Part shown: positions 19,206 to 28,149 of the stretch, piece after piece | How the letters are laid out: every line of letters starts with the position of its first letter | How positions within the stretch are numbered: the first letter of the stretch is position 1 | Assembly: GCA_005801385.1 (NCBI GenBank) | Contig: SYEM01000307.1 | Location: 198 to 64,197, forward strand | Length of the DNA stretch: 64,000 nt | Direction: 5' to 3' | DNA from: Verrucomicrobiales bacterium | GTDB taxonomy: Bacteria > Verrucomicrobiota > Verrucomicrobiia > Limisphaerales > UBA9464 | Translations under genes and position numbers: made by a program | Notes under the pieces: generated by a model | What the model was told of the DNA's origin: nothing | Database searches by the model: none | What the model saw: only the letters and a program-made list of their open reading frames with translations

Positions 19206-21551
19206 ATGCCGTCCCCAAGGTGCCGGACCCTACTCACCGGACTCCTCCTCGCCTGCGGAGCGATCGCCAGTCCGCCATCCCCGTTCGGATTCTCCGGCCC
19301 TGAAGCCTTTCCCCTCGAGTACGGCATCGCCTTCCTACAGACCGCAGACCTGGACGGAGACGGACTCCAGGACGTCATCGCGGTGAACAACGCCCGGTCG
19401 CGCATCCACCTGCTCCACAATCGGACCGGCAACACGAATGCCCCGTCAACCCCCGCAAAGGCGGGTCGGTCGAACATCAACCAGCTGCTCCCCGACGCAC
19501 GGTTCAGGGTGGAATCCCTCTCCTCCGAGAAGCGTATCACCTCGATGGCCGTGGTGGATCTGAACCAGGACGGACGTCCCGACCTCGCCTATTTCGGTGA
19601 ACCCAAGGAACTCGTCGTCCAGCACAACCTCGGCACCAACGGCTGGTCCCAACCGCGGCGCTGGCCCATCGAGGACGGCACCCTCGACTTCAACGCACTC
19701 ACCTCCGGTGATCTCGACGGCGATGGCCGCAAGGATCTGGTGCTTCTGGCGGAGAAGCACCTCTACCTCATCCGGCAGCTGGCCGATGGCACGCTCCGAG
19801 AGCCCGAGCGACTCCCCTACACGGGTACGATCAAGGCGGTCCAGCTCCTCGACCTCAACCACGACGGACGCCAAGACCTTCTGCTGGTGAACTGGGACAG
19901 CGCCACGCCCTTCCGTTTCAGGCTCCAGCGCAGCGATGGCCAATTTGAGCCGGAGGTCCACCTGCCGCTCAATCCGATCAGGAGCTATTGCGCGGAGGAT
20001 CTCGATCACGATGGCATCCCGGAACTGGTCTGCATCGCCGCGAAGTCGGGTCGCGCCGCGGTGTACCATCCTGTCCGGAAGCCGGCTGACCCATTGGTGG
20101 AGGGGCTCAGAGATGGCCAGTTCTCGCTGCTTCCGCTGACGCGGACCGACAAGCCCCGACGGGGCATCCTCTGGGCGGATCTGGATGGAAACGGACTCGC
20201 AGATCTTCTCGTCGCGGACCCCGGGAGCGGACAGCTGTCATTCTGGCGGCGACGCGACAGCAAGGACCTCGAGGAACCCCGGAATTTCCCGTGCCTGACC
20301 GGCATTTCCGAGCTCGCGGCCGCCGACTGGAACCGCGACGGCCGCATGGACCTCTTTCTTCTGAGTCCGGACGAGCGCCAGCTCGGAGTCACCCAGCTCG
20401 ACAACCAGGGTCGCCTTCCCTTCCCCAACCTCATTCCCCTGACCGGCCGCCCCCTCGCCATGGCGGTCGGCAGCCTGTCGTCCAACCAGCCGCCGGTCCT
20501 CGCCGTGATCCAGGAGCGGGATGAAAAACGGCTCGGCAGTTCCGGCAAAGAGGAGACCGTCGTGGTCCGGGAACTCGTGATCCGCGGGGCCGACGGTGCC
20601 ACGACCACCCAGCGACTGTCGGAGGAGTTCAAGGGGGCCCCCGCCCGCCTCGCCATCCACGACGCCAATCAGGACGGTCGTCCCGACCTTGTGATCCTCA
20701 CTCCCTACGAGCGGATCAAGGTCCTGGTGCAGCGTGCGGACGCGAGGGAGGGCTCGCAATTCGAGGAGGCCGACGTCACCCCTCCCGGGGGAAGCCTTGA
20801 GTCTCCGTGGATGCTGACCGCTGATGTCGACCAGGATGGAAAGGACGAGCTGATCCTGCCGCAGAAGAGTTTTCTCAGGGCCGTCATCCTCTCGGGCAGC
20901 GGAGGCGAGCGGCCCTCGTGGAACTTTGTTGTCCGGGACCAGATCAATGGAGCGACCGGCACCTCTCGCATCACCGGGGCCGCCATGATCCAGCAGGCCC
21001 CCGGTGTGAGGCCTTGGATGGTGCTGCTCGATGCCGATCGCAAGGCACTGTCGATGGCCAGTCGGGACACCAACGGTGTCTGGCAGATCGCGCGCAACTC
21101 CCAGCTCACCTCGACCGACTTCACCTCCGTTGTGCCGGTCGCGGTCGGCACCAACGAGCCACCCGCCCTCGCGCTGATCGGTGTGAATGCCATCGGTTGG
21201 AAACAGTTTTCCTCGGACCCGTGGGAACTGAGCGAGCTTGGCGGCTATGAGACGCCGATCCGTGATGGTTGGCTCCACGACGTCACGACCGGAGATCTGA
21301 ACCAGGACGGCCGCAAAGACCTGGTGTTCCTCGAGACCGCAAAGAACTACGTCGACCTCGTCCTCTACGATCCCGTCCGGGGACCGGAACCGGGCAACCG
21401 GTGGCCGGTCTTCGAGGAGCGGACCTTCCGTCAGCGCAGGAACGACGTCCCGGAACCCCGGGAGGCCGCGGTGTGCGATGTGACCGGCGACGGCAAGCCG
21501 GACCTCCTGCTGATCGTCCACGACCGCATCCTGCTCTACCCGCAGGAGTGA
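19206..21551 (+). CDS. FG-GAP/VCBS-repeat (integrin-alpha-like beta-propeller) secreted protein
   Basis: Trimmed to ATG 19206 (signal peptide MPSPRCRTLLTGLLLACGAIASP). Repeated DxDGDG / D.N.DGR.DL motifs (ADLDGDGLQDV, VDLNQDGRPDL, GDLDGDGRKDL, LDLNHDGRQDL, and more). Confidence 0.8.
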   Translation: MPSPRCRTLLTGLLLACGAIASPPSPFGFSGPEAFPLEYGIAFLQTADLDGDGLQDVIAVNNARSRIHLLHNRTGNTNAPSTPAKAGRSNINQLLPDARFRVESLSSEKRITSMAVVDLNQDGRPDLAYFGEPKELVVQHNLGTNGWSQPRRWPIEDGTLDFNALTSGDLDGDGRKDLVLLAEKHLYLIRQLADGTLREPERLPYTGTIKAVQLLDLNHDGRQDLLLVNWDSATPFRFRLQRSDGQFEPEVHLPLNPIRSYCAEDLDHDGIPELVCIAAKSGRAAVYHPVRKPADPLVEGLRDGQFSLLPLTRTDKPRRGILWADLDGNGLADLLVADPGSGQLSFWRRRDSKDLEEPRNFPCLTGISELAAADWNRDGRMDLFLLSPDERQLGVTQLDNQGRLPFPNLIPLTGRPLAMAVGSLSSNQPPVLAVIQERDEKRLGSSGKEETVVVRELVIRGADGATTTQRLSEEFKGAPARLAIHDANQDGRPDLVILTPYERIKVLVQRADAREGSQFEEADVTPPGGSLESPWMLTADVDQDGKDELILPQKSFLRAVILSGSGGERPSWNFVVRDQINGATGTSRITGAAMIQQAPGVRPWMVLLDADRKALSMASRDTNGVWQIARNSQLTSTDFTSVVPVAVGTNEPPALALIGVNAIGWKQFSSDPWELSELGGYETPIRDGWLHDVTTGDLNQDGRKDLVFLETAKNYVDLVLYDPVRGPEPGNRWPVFEERTFRQRRNDVPEPREAAVCDVTGDGKPDLLLIVHDRILLYPQE

Positions 21552-21649
21552 CGCCCTGCCGGAACCTTTCGGCCAGGCATGGCCAGATCCTCCCGCCCGG
21601 ACTCCAGCAGCCATTCCCCTGACCGGCCACGGCTGGTATCGTCGGCCGC

Positions 21650-23404
21650 ATGGACAAGGACCAAGTGGCGGCAGTGCTGGTGGAGATCGGGACGCTTCTC
21701 GAGCTGAAGGGTGAGAATCCGTTCAAGACCCGTGCCTATCACAATGGGGCCCGCATCCTCGAGGGGCTGACGGAACCTCTCGAGAAGCTCGTCGCGGAGG
21801 ATCGTCTGGGTGGCATCAAGGGCATCGGGGAGGCCCTCCAGGAAAAGATCACCACCCTCGTCACCACCGGCCGCCTTCCCTACCACGAGGATCTGAAGGC
21901 CTCGGTCCCTCCGGGGCTCCTCGACCTGCTCGGCCTCCAGGGTCTGGGGCCGAAGAAGGTGAAGCGCCTCCACGAGGAATTGGCGATCGACTCCATCGAG
22001 GCGCTCGAGACGGCCTGCCGTGAGGATCGGATCGCACAGCTGGACGGCTTTGGCGAGAAGTCGCAGTCCAAGCTCCTGGAGGCCATCGCCTTCCGTCGAA
22101 AATATGCCGCCCAACACCTTCTGGTCGACGCCCTGACGGCCGCCGAACCCATCCTCGGATCCCTGAGGGATCATCCCGATGTCACCCGCTGCTCAATTGC
22201 CGGGAGCCTGCGCCGTTCCAAGGAAGTGATCGGCGACATCGACTTCGTGGTGTCTTCCCGTAATCCGGGCAGTGTCCTGTCGTTCTTCGTCCAGCAGCCC
22301 GGCATCGCCTCCATCCTCGCCCAGGGCGAGACCAAGGCCAGCGTCCGGCTGGACTCGGGCATCCAGGCCGATCTCCGGGTGGTCAGCGACATCGAATACC
22401 CCTTCGCCCTCGCCTACTTCACCGGATCGAAGGAGCACAACATCGTGATGCGTCAGCGGGCCATCGCACGGGGTCTGCGTCTGAATGAGTACGGCCTGTT
22501 CCGGAGCGCCGAGGAGACACGCGATCCCGCACTGCGGATCGCCTGTGCCGAGGAGGCGGATCTGTTCCGCGAGCTGGGTCTCGACTATGTGCCTCCCGAG
22601 CTCCGTGAGGATCGCGGCGAATTCGAGGCCGCCGAGTCCCACCGTCTGCCCCGCCCGTTCGAGTGGACCTCCCTCCGGGGATCCCTCCACAACCATTCCG
22701 ACTGGTCCGACGGGCGCAACACCCTGTCCGACATCGCCGCCCACGCCGCCGGGCTGGGGCTCGAGTACTGGGGCATCACGGACCATTCCAGGGCAAGTTT
22801 CCAGGCCCAGGGCCTGGACCCGAAACGGCTTCGCCAACAGATCCTGGCCATCGCGAAGGTGAACCAACGCCTCCGGGACGAGGGCGTCGACCTGCACCTG
22901 CTCAGCGGGACCGAGGTCGACATCCTCAAGGACGGCCTCGACTTCGATGACGATCTGCTGTCGGAGCTCGAGGTCGTCGTGGCCAGCCTCCATGTGCCAT
23001 CCAGCGACGAGGCCGAGAACACAAGGCGGTTCATCCGGGCGGCAGAGAACCCGCACGTCCACATGCTGGGCCACCTCAGTGGTCGGCTCCTGCTGGAGCG
23101 GGATGCCTACCGTCTGAACCAGACCGCGATCATCGACGCCTGCGCGGCGACGGGCACCTGGATCGAACTGAACGCCTCGCCCTACCGGTTCGACCTCGAC
23201 TGGCGCCTCTGGCAGTACGCGCGATCCAAAGGGGTCAAGTGCGTCATCAATTGCGACGCCCACCGTCTGGAGCACTTCGCCTGGCTGCGACTGGGGGCCT
23301 CGGTGGCGCGGAAGGGATGGCTGGAGGCGGGCGACATCATCAACACCCAGTCGCTCGTCCAGCTCCGGAAATCCCTGTCTCTCAAGCGGGGGCGCTCCCG
23401 CTGA
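21650..23404 (+). CDS. polX: family X DNA polymerase with C-terminal PHP domain
   Basis: 584 aa. N-terminal 8-kDa/HhH region (LLELKGENPFKTRAYHNGARIL), catalytic GSLRRSKEVIGDIDFVV, PHP region (LHNHSDWSDG ... GHLSGRLL). Confidence 0.9.
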   Translation: MDKDQVAAVLVEIGTLLELKGENPFKTRAYHNGARILEGLTEPLEKLVAEDRLGGIKGIGEALQEKITTLVTTGRLPYHEDLKASVPPGLLDLLGLQGLGPKKVKRLHEELAIDSIEALETACREDRIAQLDGFGEKSQSKLLEAIAFRRKYAAQHLLVDALTAAEPILGSLRDHPDVTRCSIAGSLRRSKEVIGDIDFVVSSRNPGSVLSFFVQQPGIASILAQGETKASVRLDSGIQADLRVVSDIEYPFALAYFTGSKEHNIVMRQRAIARGLRLNEYGLFRSAEETRDPALRIACAEEADLFRELGLDYVPPELREDRGEFEAAESHRLPRPFEWTSLRGSLHNHSDWSDGRNTLSDIAAHAAGLGLEYWGITDHSRASFQAQGLDPKRLRQQILAIAKVNQRLRDEGVDLHLLSGTEVDILKDGLDFDDDLLSELEVVVASLHVPSSDEAENTRRFIRAAENPHVHMLGHLSGRLLLERDAYRLNQTAIIDACAATGTWIELNASPYRFDLDWRLWQYARSKGVKCVINCDAHRLEHFAWLRLGASVARKGWLEAGDIINTQSLVQLRKSLSLKRGRSR

Positions 23405-24710
23405 TCGCTGGCGGACGCGGTTCCGATCCCGATGAGGCTCCGCCCCATGCGTTGAGGGATCGCTCCTCGGCATCGCCTATGGACGACTCCCCGAGAAGCT
23501 CGAGGGCCTCGCCGATCAGGTAGAGGGATCCGGTCACCAGCACGACCGGGTCGGCTGCCGCCCAGCGCAGGGCTTCTGCAAGCGACGAGGCCGCGCGGAC
23601 GGGTCGACCTAGCCCCATCGCAACCACGGCCGCACGGACCTCCTCGGAACCCAGAGTCCGGGGGTTCGCCACCGGCACGGTCAGGATACGGCCCGCCAGA
23701 GGGACCAGTTGTCCCAGCATCGGCCCCACCTCTTTCTCAGCCAGCAGTCCGACAATGAGCGTCGGACGGGTCGAGCCGCACACCTCCGGCAACCCTTCCC
23801 TGAGTGCCTCCACCCCGGCGCGATTGTGGGCACCATCGAGGATGATCCTCCGTGCACCCCGTTGAAGGACCTGCATCCGCCCAGCCCACTGTGCCCGAGC
23901 CAGCCCGTCCCGGAGCACCTCGTCGGTGACCGGTAGGAAGGCTCTCAGGAGACGGACCGTCGCGGCGGCAAGCGCTCCATTGACGCGCTGGTGCGGGCCA
24001 AGCAGTCCGACATCCAGCCGGAAGGCAGCCACCTCTGGCGGCCCGAGATGAAGATACGGTGAGTCGAGCTCCCGCGCCTTGAAACGAAGGATCGCCTCGG
24101 CATCGGGATCCATCGCCGCGGTCAGCACCGGCACACCGGGCTTGATGATCCCCGCCTTTTCAGCGGCGATGGCGGCAACGGTCGATCCGAGGACCTGCAT
24201 GTGATCAAGGCTCACGTTCGTGATCACACTCGCCAGGGGGGTGACGATGTTGGTCGAGTCGAGACGTCCACCGAGCCCGGTCTCCCACACCACGAGGTCG
24301 ACACAGGATTCCGCAAAGTGGCAGAGGGCGAGGACCGTGGTGAACTCGAAGAAGGTCGGAGCCGGTCCACCCAGCCGGTCGACCACGGCCTTCAGGGTGG
24401 CCACATGCCGTGCAAGGTCCGCATCGGATATGGGGATCCGACCCACCTGGATCCGCTCGCCGAACCGCACGAGGTGCGGGGAGGTATAGAGGCCCACCCT
24501 GAGTCCCGCGTTGCGATACACGCTCTCGAGCAGGGCACAGACCGAACCCTTCCCGTTGGTGCCTGCGACATGGATGAACTGGAGGCGGTTCTGGGGATTG
24601 CCCACGGCCGCGGCCAGCCGTCGCGTGGAGTCAAGACCCAGGACAACACCGGAGGGCTGGAGGGAACGGAGGTAGTCAACGGCCTCGGATGCGGTCACGG
24701 GCCAGACCAT
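23382..24710 (-). CDS. folC: bifunctional folylpolyglutamate synthase/dihydrofolate synthase
   Basis: The track ORF is trimmed to the Met at 24710 (MVWPVTASEAVDYLRSL). P-loop HVAGTNGKGSV, Mur-ligase layout. The 3' end overlaps the polX 3' end by 23 nt (convergent). Confidence 0.9.
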   Translation of the reverse strand: MVWPVTASEAVDYLRSLQPSGVVLGLDSTRRLAAAVGNPQNRLQFIHVAGTNGKGSVCALLESVYRNAGLRVGLYTSPHLVRFGERIQVGRIPISDADLARHVATLKAVVDRLGGPAPTFFEFTTVLALCHFAESCVDLVVWETGLGGRLDSTNIVTPLASVITNVSLDHMQVLGSTVAAIAAEKAGIIKPGVPVLTAAMDPDAEAILRFKARELDSPYLHLGPPEVAAFRLDVGLLGPHQRVNGALAAATVRLLRAFLPVTDEVLRDGLARAQWAGRMQVLQRGARRIILDGAHNRAGVEALREGLPEVCGSTRPTLIVGLLAEKEVGPMLGQLVPLAGRILTVPVANPRTLGSEEVRAAVVAMGLGRPVRAASSLAEALRWAAADPVVLVTGSLYLIGEALELLGESSIGDAEERSLNAWGGASSGSEPRPPAISGSAPA

Positions 24711-25083
24711 TGTCCGACCCGTCTCTCGCGCAAGCCTCGGATTGTCCCCGGGAATCCGTTCCCGTGCCTGAGCCGGGGAACGTCGGTGGTATCGAGGACT
24801 CGCGGTCAACCCGGGCCCGGATGTGATCCATCCGAGCCCGGATGATGAAGTAGAGCTGGAGCAGCAGGAGAAGCACCGCGAGCCATTGCTCGACATGCAG
24901 GGACCGGAGACGTTCGAGCCCCGGGGGCGCCTGCCTCCAGGACGAATCGCGCAGGAGGAGGAACACCGCAGGCCCGCTCACAAAGATCCAGAGGATCGCG
25001 AGGATCCGATGGTTGAGCGGGACAGGATCCGTCGGGGAGATCGGAACGGAGCTTTCGGTTTGAACTGGAGGGTCTTCTCGCAA
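24676..25083 (-). CDS. possible small two-TM membrane protein (hypothetical)
   Basis: Part of track ORF 24676-25131. Two hydrophobic stretches (ILAILWIFVSGPAVFLLL, WLAVLLLLLQLYFII) with strong G/C third-position bias there. Start ambiguous (TTG 25083 or ATG 25131). No family recognised. Confidence 0.35.
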   Translation of the reverse strand: MREDPPVQTESSVPISPTDPVPLNHRILAILWIFVSGPAVFLLLRDSSWRQAPPGLERLRSLHVEQWLAVLLLLLQLYFIIRARMDHIRARVDRESSIPPTFPGSGTGTDSRGQSEACARDGSDNGLARDRIRGR

Positions 25084-25109
25084 ACTGTGGCCGACCTGTT
25101 CTGAACCGT

Positions 25110-25838
25110 ATGCCGTCCGAAGCAAGCCCAACCCCGAAGCCCCCGCGGAAACCCAAGGAGAACGTCTGGGTCAACCTGATCTGCAATGCGATCCTGCCCG
25201 GCGTCCTGCTCACCCAGCTGAGCAAGCCTGAGCGTCTGGGTCCCGTCTGGGCCCTCGTCGTCGCCCTGTCCATCCCCATCGGCTATGGCATCTACGACCT
25301 CGTGAGCCGCAGAAAGTGGAACATGTTCTCGATCCTGGGTCTCGCCAGCACGCTGATCACCGGGCTCCTCGGTCTGACGAAGGTGTCTAACTTCTGGTTC
25401 GCCGTGAAGGAGGCCGCCATACCCGCCATCCTCGGCATCGCGATCCCGCTCACGCTCCGGACCCGGCAGCCGTTGGTGAAGACCCTGATCTACAACGACC
25501 AGGTCCTGGACACGGATCGAATCGGTCGGGTGCTGGAGGAGCGCCAGGCGACTCCCGGGTTCGATGCCCTGCTCCGATGGGCCTCCTGGGTGCTGGCCGG
25601 GGCCTTCGGATTCAGTGCGGTGCTGAACTACCTGCTTGCCCGATGGATCGTCACCGCAGAGCCCGGATCCGCCGAGAACGTTGCGCAGCTGGGCCGGCTC
25701 AACTGGATTTCCTATCCCGTGATCATGATCCCGAGCATGGCGATCATGATGTTCGCCCTGTTCCGGCTGATCCGCGGGCTCGAACAGCTGACCGGGCTCC
25801 GGCAGGAGGAACTGTTCCATCCCCCACATCGCCGCTGA
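25110..25838 (+). CDS. integral membrane protein (YciB/VC0807-like topology, tentative)
   Basis: 242 aa, 5-6 hydrophobic helices after a basic N-terminus (PKPPRKPKENVWVNLICNAILPGVLL). The family call is tentative. Confidence 0.65.
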   Translation: MPSEASPTPKPPRKPKENVWVNLICNAILPGVLLTQLSKPERLGPVWALVVALSIPIGYGIYDLVSRRKWNMFSILGLASTLITGLLGLTKVSNFWFAVKEAAIPAILGIAIPLTLRTRQPLVKTLIYNDQVLDTDRIGRVLEERQATPGFDALLRWASWVLAGAFGFSAVLNYLLARWIVTAEPGSAENVAQLGRLNWISYPVIMIPSMAIMMFALFRLIRGLEQLTGLRQEELFHPPHRR

Positions 25839-26604
25839 CCCCATCCTTCCCCCCGCGGGTAGGAGCTGGATCCGGGGCGGTTTTCGATCGTACCGGGACT
25901 GCAAATCCATACCGCCGACAGAACTCCTCGGAGTCGGCGCGGATCGATATCGGACGACGTTGGAACGGATCGGGATAGCGGATCTGGACCGCCCGCAGCG
26001 CGAGGCCGCGATTGTCCGGACGGCCATACAGATCATCACCCAGGACCGGACACCCGCTCGCCTTGAGATGGAGCCGGATCTGGTGCGTCCTGCCCGTCAC
26101 AGGATGGGCCTGGATCAGGGTAAGGCGATCGCCGCGGGCCACCACCTCGAAGCGCGTTTCCGCCTCCTTCCCAGCGGCGGCGTCGACACAGAACCGGCCC
26201 GTTTCAGGGGCATCGGATCCAATGGGATCGTGGCGCGTCCAACGGTCCCCTGGAACGGGGCCATCCACGACAGCGACATAGGTCTTGTCGACGTCGCGGC
26301 CCTCGAAGAGCCGGGAGTATGCGGCCACCGCGCCCGGGCTCCGAACCCCAAGCAGGATGCCGCTCGTCTCGGCATCCAGACGATGGACAAAACGAAGGAA
26401 GCGCAGGTTCCGGGACTGCGCCCACCAGTCCCCGTTCTCCAGGCTGGACCGCACGGCGAGGGTGAGGTTCCTGCGCGTGTTGACCCAGTCCTCGGGCGCC
26501 ACCATCCAGCCGCTGGGCTTGTCGATCACAAGGACCGACCGGTCCTCGTAGAGGATTGGGATCCGGGTTGAGTCGGGCAGTTCGATGATCTTGGGACGAG
26601 CCAC
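25744..26604 (-). CDS. RluA-family pseudouridine synthase
   Basis: 286 aa. Catalytic HRLDAETSGILL, GRTHQIRLHL. Low-complexity C-terminal tail overlaps the convergent membrane gene by 95 nt. Confidence 0.88.
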   Translation of the reverse strand: MARPKIIELPDSTRIPILYEDRSVLVIDKPSGWMVAPEDWVNTRRNLTLAVRSSLENGDWWAQSRNLRFLRFVHRLDAETSGILLGVRSPGAVAAYSRLFEGRDVDKTYVAVVDGPVPGDRWTRHDPIGSDAPETGRFCVDAAAGKEAETRFEVVARGDRLTLIQAHPVTGRTHQIRLHLKASGCPVLGDDLYGRPDNRGLALRAVQIRYPDPFQRRPISIRADSEEFCRRYGFAVPVRSKTAPDPAPTRGGKDGVSGDVGDGTVPPAGARSAVRARGSAGTGRTS

Positions 26605-26728
26605 TGGGTCGAGGAAAGCAGACGTCCCTCCCCAACGCGAGCCATCGGATGGATCGAGGCGGGCTCCGGCCGGCGCGGTGGACCACTGAGACCGTGCGCT
26701 CCGATCGGATCGGGTCTACCTTCTGGAT

Positions 26729-27895
26729 GTGCTTTCGCTTTTGGATCACAGCGAGCTGGCGCCATTCGTCGACCGGGTCGATCGAGGTGAACGGCTTGGC
26801 GAGGAGGACGCCATCCGGTTGTTCGCGACGCGCGACCTGAATGCGCTGGGAGCCCTGGCAGATCGGGCCAACCGGCGTCGCAACGGGATGCGGGCCTCGT
26901 ACATCGTCAACCGCTACATCAACTATTCCAACTACTGCATCCTGAGCTGCCAGTTCTGCGCCTTCAGCCGGAAGCGCAGGGATGCGGACGGATTTGAGCT
27001 CTCGATCGGGCAGATGGTGGAGAAGGCACGCCAGGCCCTTTCCCTGGGAATCACCGAACTCCACATCGTGGGCGGTCTGCACCCCAGCCTCCCCTTCAGC
27101 CACTACACGGGCTTCCTGCGGGCGCTGAAGGCCCTCGACTCCCGGCTGCAGCTGAAGTGCTTCACGGCGATCGAGATCCTCCACCTCGCGTGGCTCGCCA
27201 AGAAGAGCGTGCGGGACACCCTTCAGGAACTGAAGGAAGCCGGGCTCGAATCGTTGACCGGTGGCGGTGCCGAGATCTTCCGGAAAGAGATCCGCCAGAA
27301 GATCGCACGCGGCAAGGAATCCGCCGAGGAGTACCTCGATGTCCACCGGACCTGGCATGGGCTCGGCGGACGGAGCACCTGCACCATGCTCTACGGCCAC
27401 CTGGAGTCGCATGCCGACCGGGTCCACCACCTGTCGCTCCTGCGTGGGTTGCAGGATGAGACCGGTGGGTTCACCGGCTTCATTCCCCTGCCCTATCAGC
27501 CGGAAAACAATGGGATCCCGGTGAGCCATGCCCCAACGGGAGCCGAACAGCTCCGGACGCTCGCGGTGGCGCGCCTGTTCCTCGACAACTTCGACCATGT
27601 GACGGCCTACTGGATTGGCATGGGTATGAAGCTCGCACAGATCGGGCTGAGCTATGGGGCCGACGACCTGCACGGTACGATTGTGGAAGAACACATCTTC
27701 CACATGGCCGGGGCGCAGTCGCCCCAGCTGCAGACCGAACAGGCCTTGGTCCGGGCGATCCGCGAGGCCGGGCGGATTCCGGTCCAGAGGAACACCTTCT
27801 ATGAGCCGATCCGGACGTGGGACCCGGACCCGTCGCAGGCCAGCGGTCAGGGCGGCTTGGTTTCAGGAACCGGGCAGGCTATCCCAGGGACATGA
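26729..27895 (+). CDS. futalosine-pathway radical SAM enzyme (MqnE/MqnC family)
   Basis: 388 aa, GTG start. INYSNYCILSCQFCAFSRK radical-SAM cluster motif typical of MqnE/MqnC, ELHIVGGLHP. MqnE and MqnC cannot be separated by eye. Confidence 0.82.
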   Translation: MLSLLDHSELAPFVDRVDRGERLGEEDAIRLFATRDLNALGALADRANRRRNGMRASYIVNRYINYSNYCILSCQFCAFSRKRRDADGFELSIGQMVEKARQALSLGITELHIVGGLHPSLPFSHYTGFLRALKALDSRLQLKCFTAIEILHLAWLAKKSVRDTLQELKEAGLESLTGGGAEIFRKEIRQKIARGKESAEEYLDVHRTWHGLGGRSTCTMLYGHLESHADRVHHLSLLRGLQDETGGFTGFIPLPYQPENNGIPVSHAPTGAEQLRTLAVARLFLDNFDHVTAYWIGMGMKLAQIGLSYGADDLHGTIVEEHIFHMAGAQSPQLQTEQALVRAIREAGRIPVQRNTFYEPIRTWDPDPSQASGQGGLVSGTGQAIPGT

Positions 27896-28140
27896 CGACG
27901 ATAGAGACCCGCATCCTCGAGGTGCTCCGCCTGCTGGAGACCGAGGCGGCCTCGGTGCCCCGACCCGACCTTCGGCCCCGACTTCGGGAGCTCGACGAGC
28001 TGCACGGGGGCCTGCCTTCGGATGCGGATCCGGAGCTGAGGCACTTCCTGCAGCGTCGAAGCTACGAGAAAGCCCGATTGCTGCTCGAGGATCGAACCGA
28101 GGAGATCCAGCGCGGCGGCTGCACCCGTCACGGACACTGA
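27892..28140 (+). CDS. small hypothetical protein (82 aa)
   Basis: Track ORF 27817-28140 is trimmed to ATG 27892, which forms an ATGA overlap with the mqn stop. Helical, charged, ends GGCTRHGH. No family recognised. Confidence 0.45.
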   Translation: MTTIETRILEVLRLLETEAASVPRPDLRPRLRELDELHGGLPSDADPELRHFLQRRSYEKARLLLEDRTEEIQRGGCTRHGH

Positions 28141-28149
28141 ACAGTCGCC

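Noticed and set aside
25744-25838. 95-nt convergent overlap of the RluA-family and membrane-protein genes. Also a 23-nt polX/folC overlap at 23382-23404 and a 7-nt overlap at 33661-33667.
   Set aside because: The overlapping tails are low-complexity and most simply explained by late stop codons in GC-rich sequence. There is no evidence of a functional antisense arrangement.
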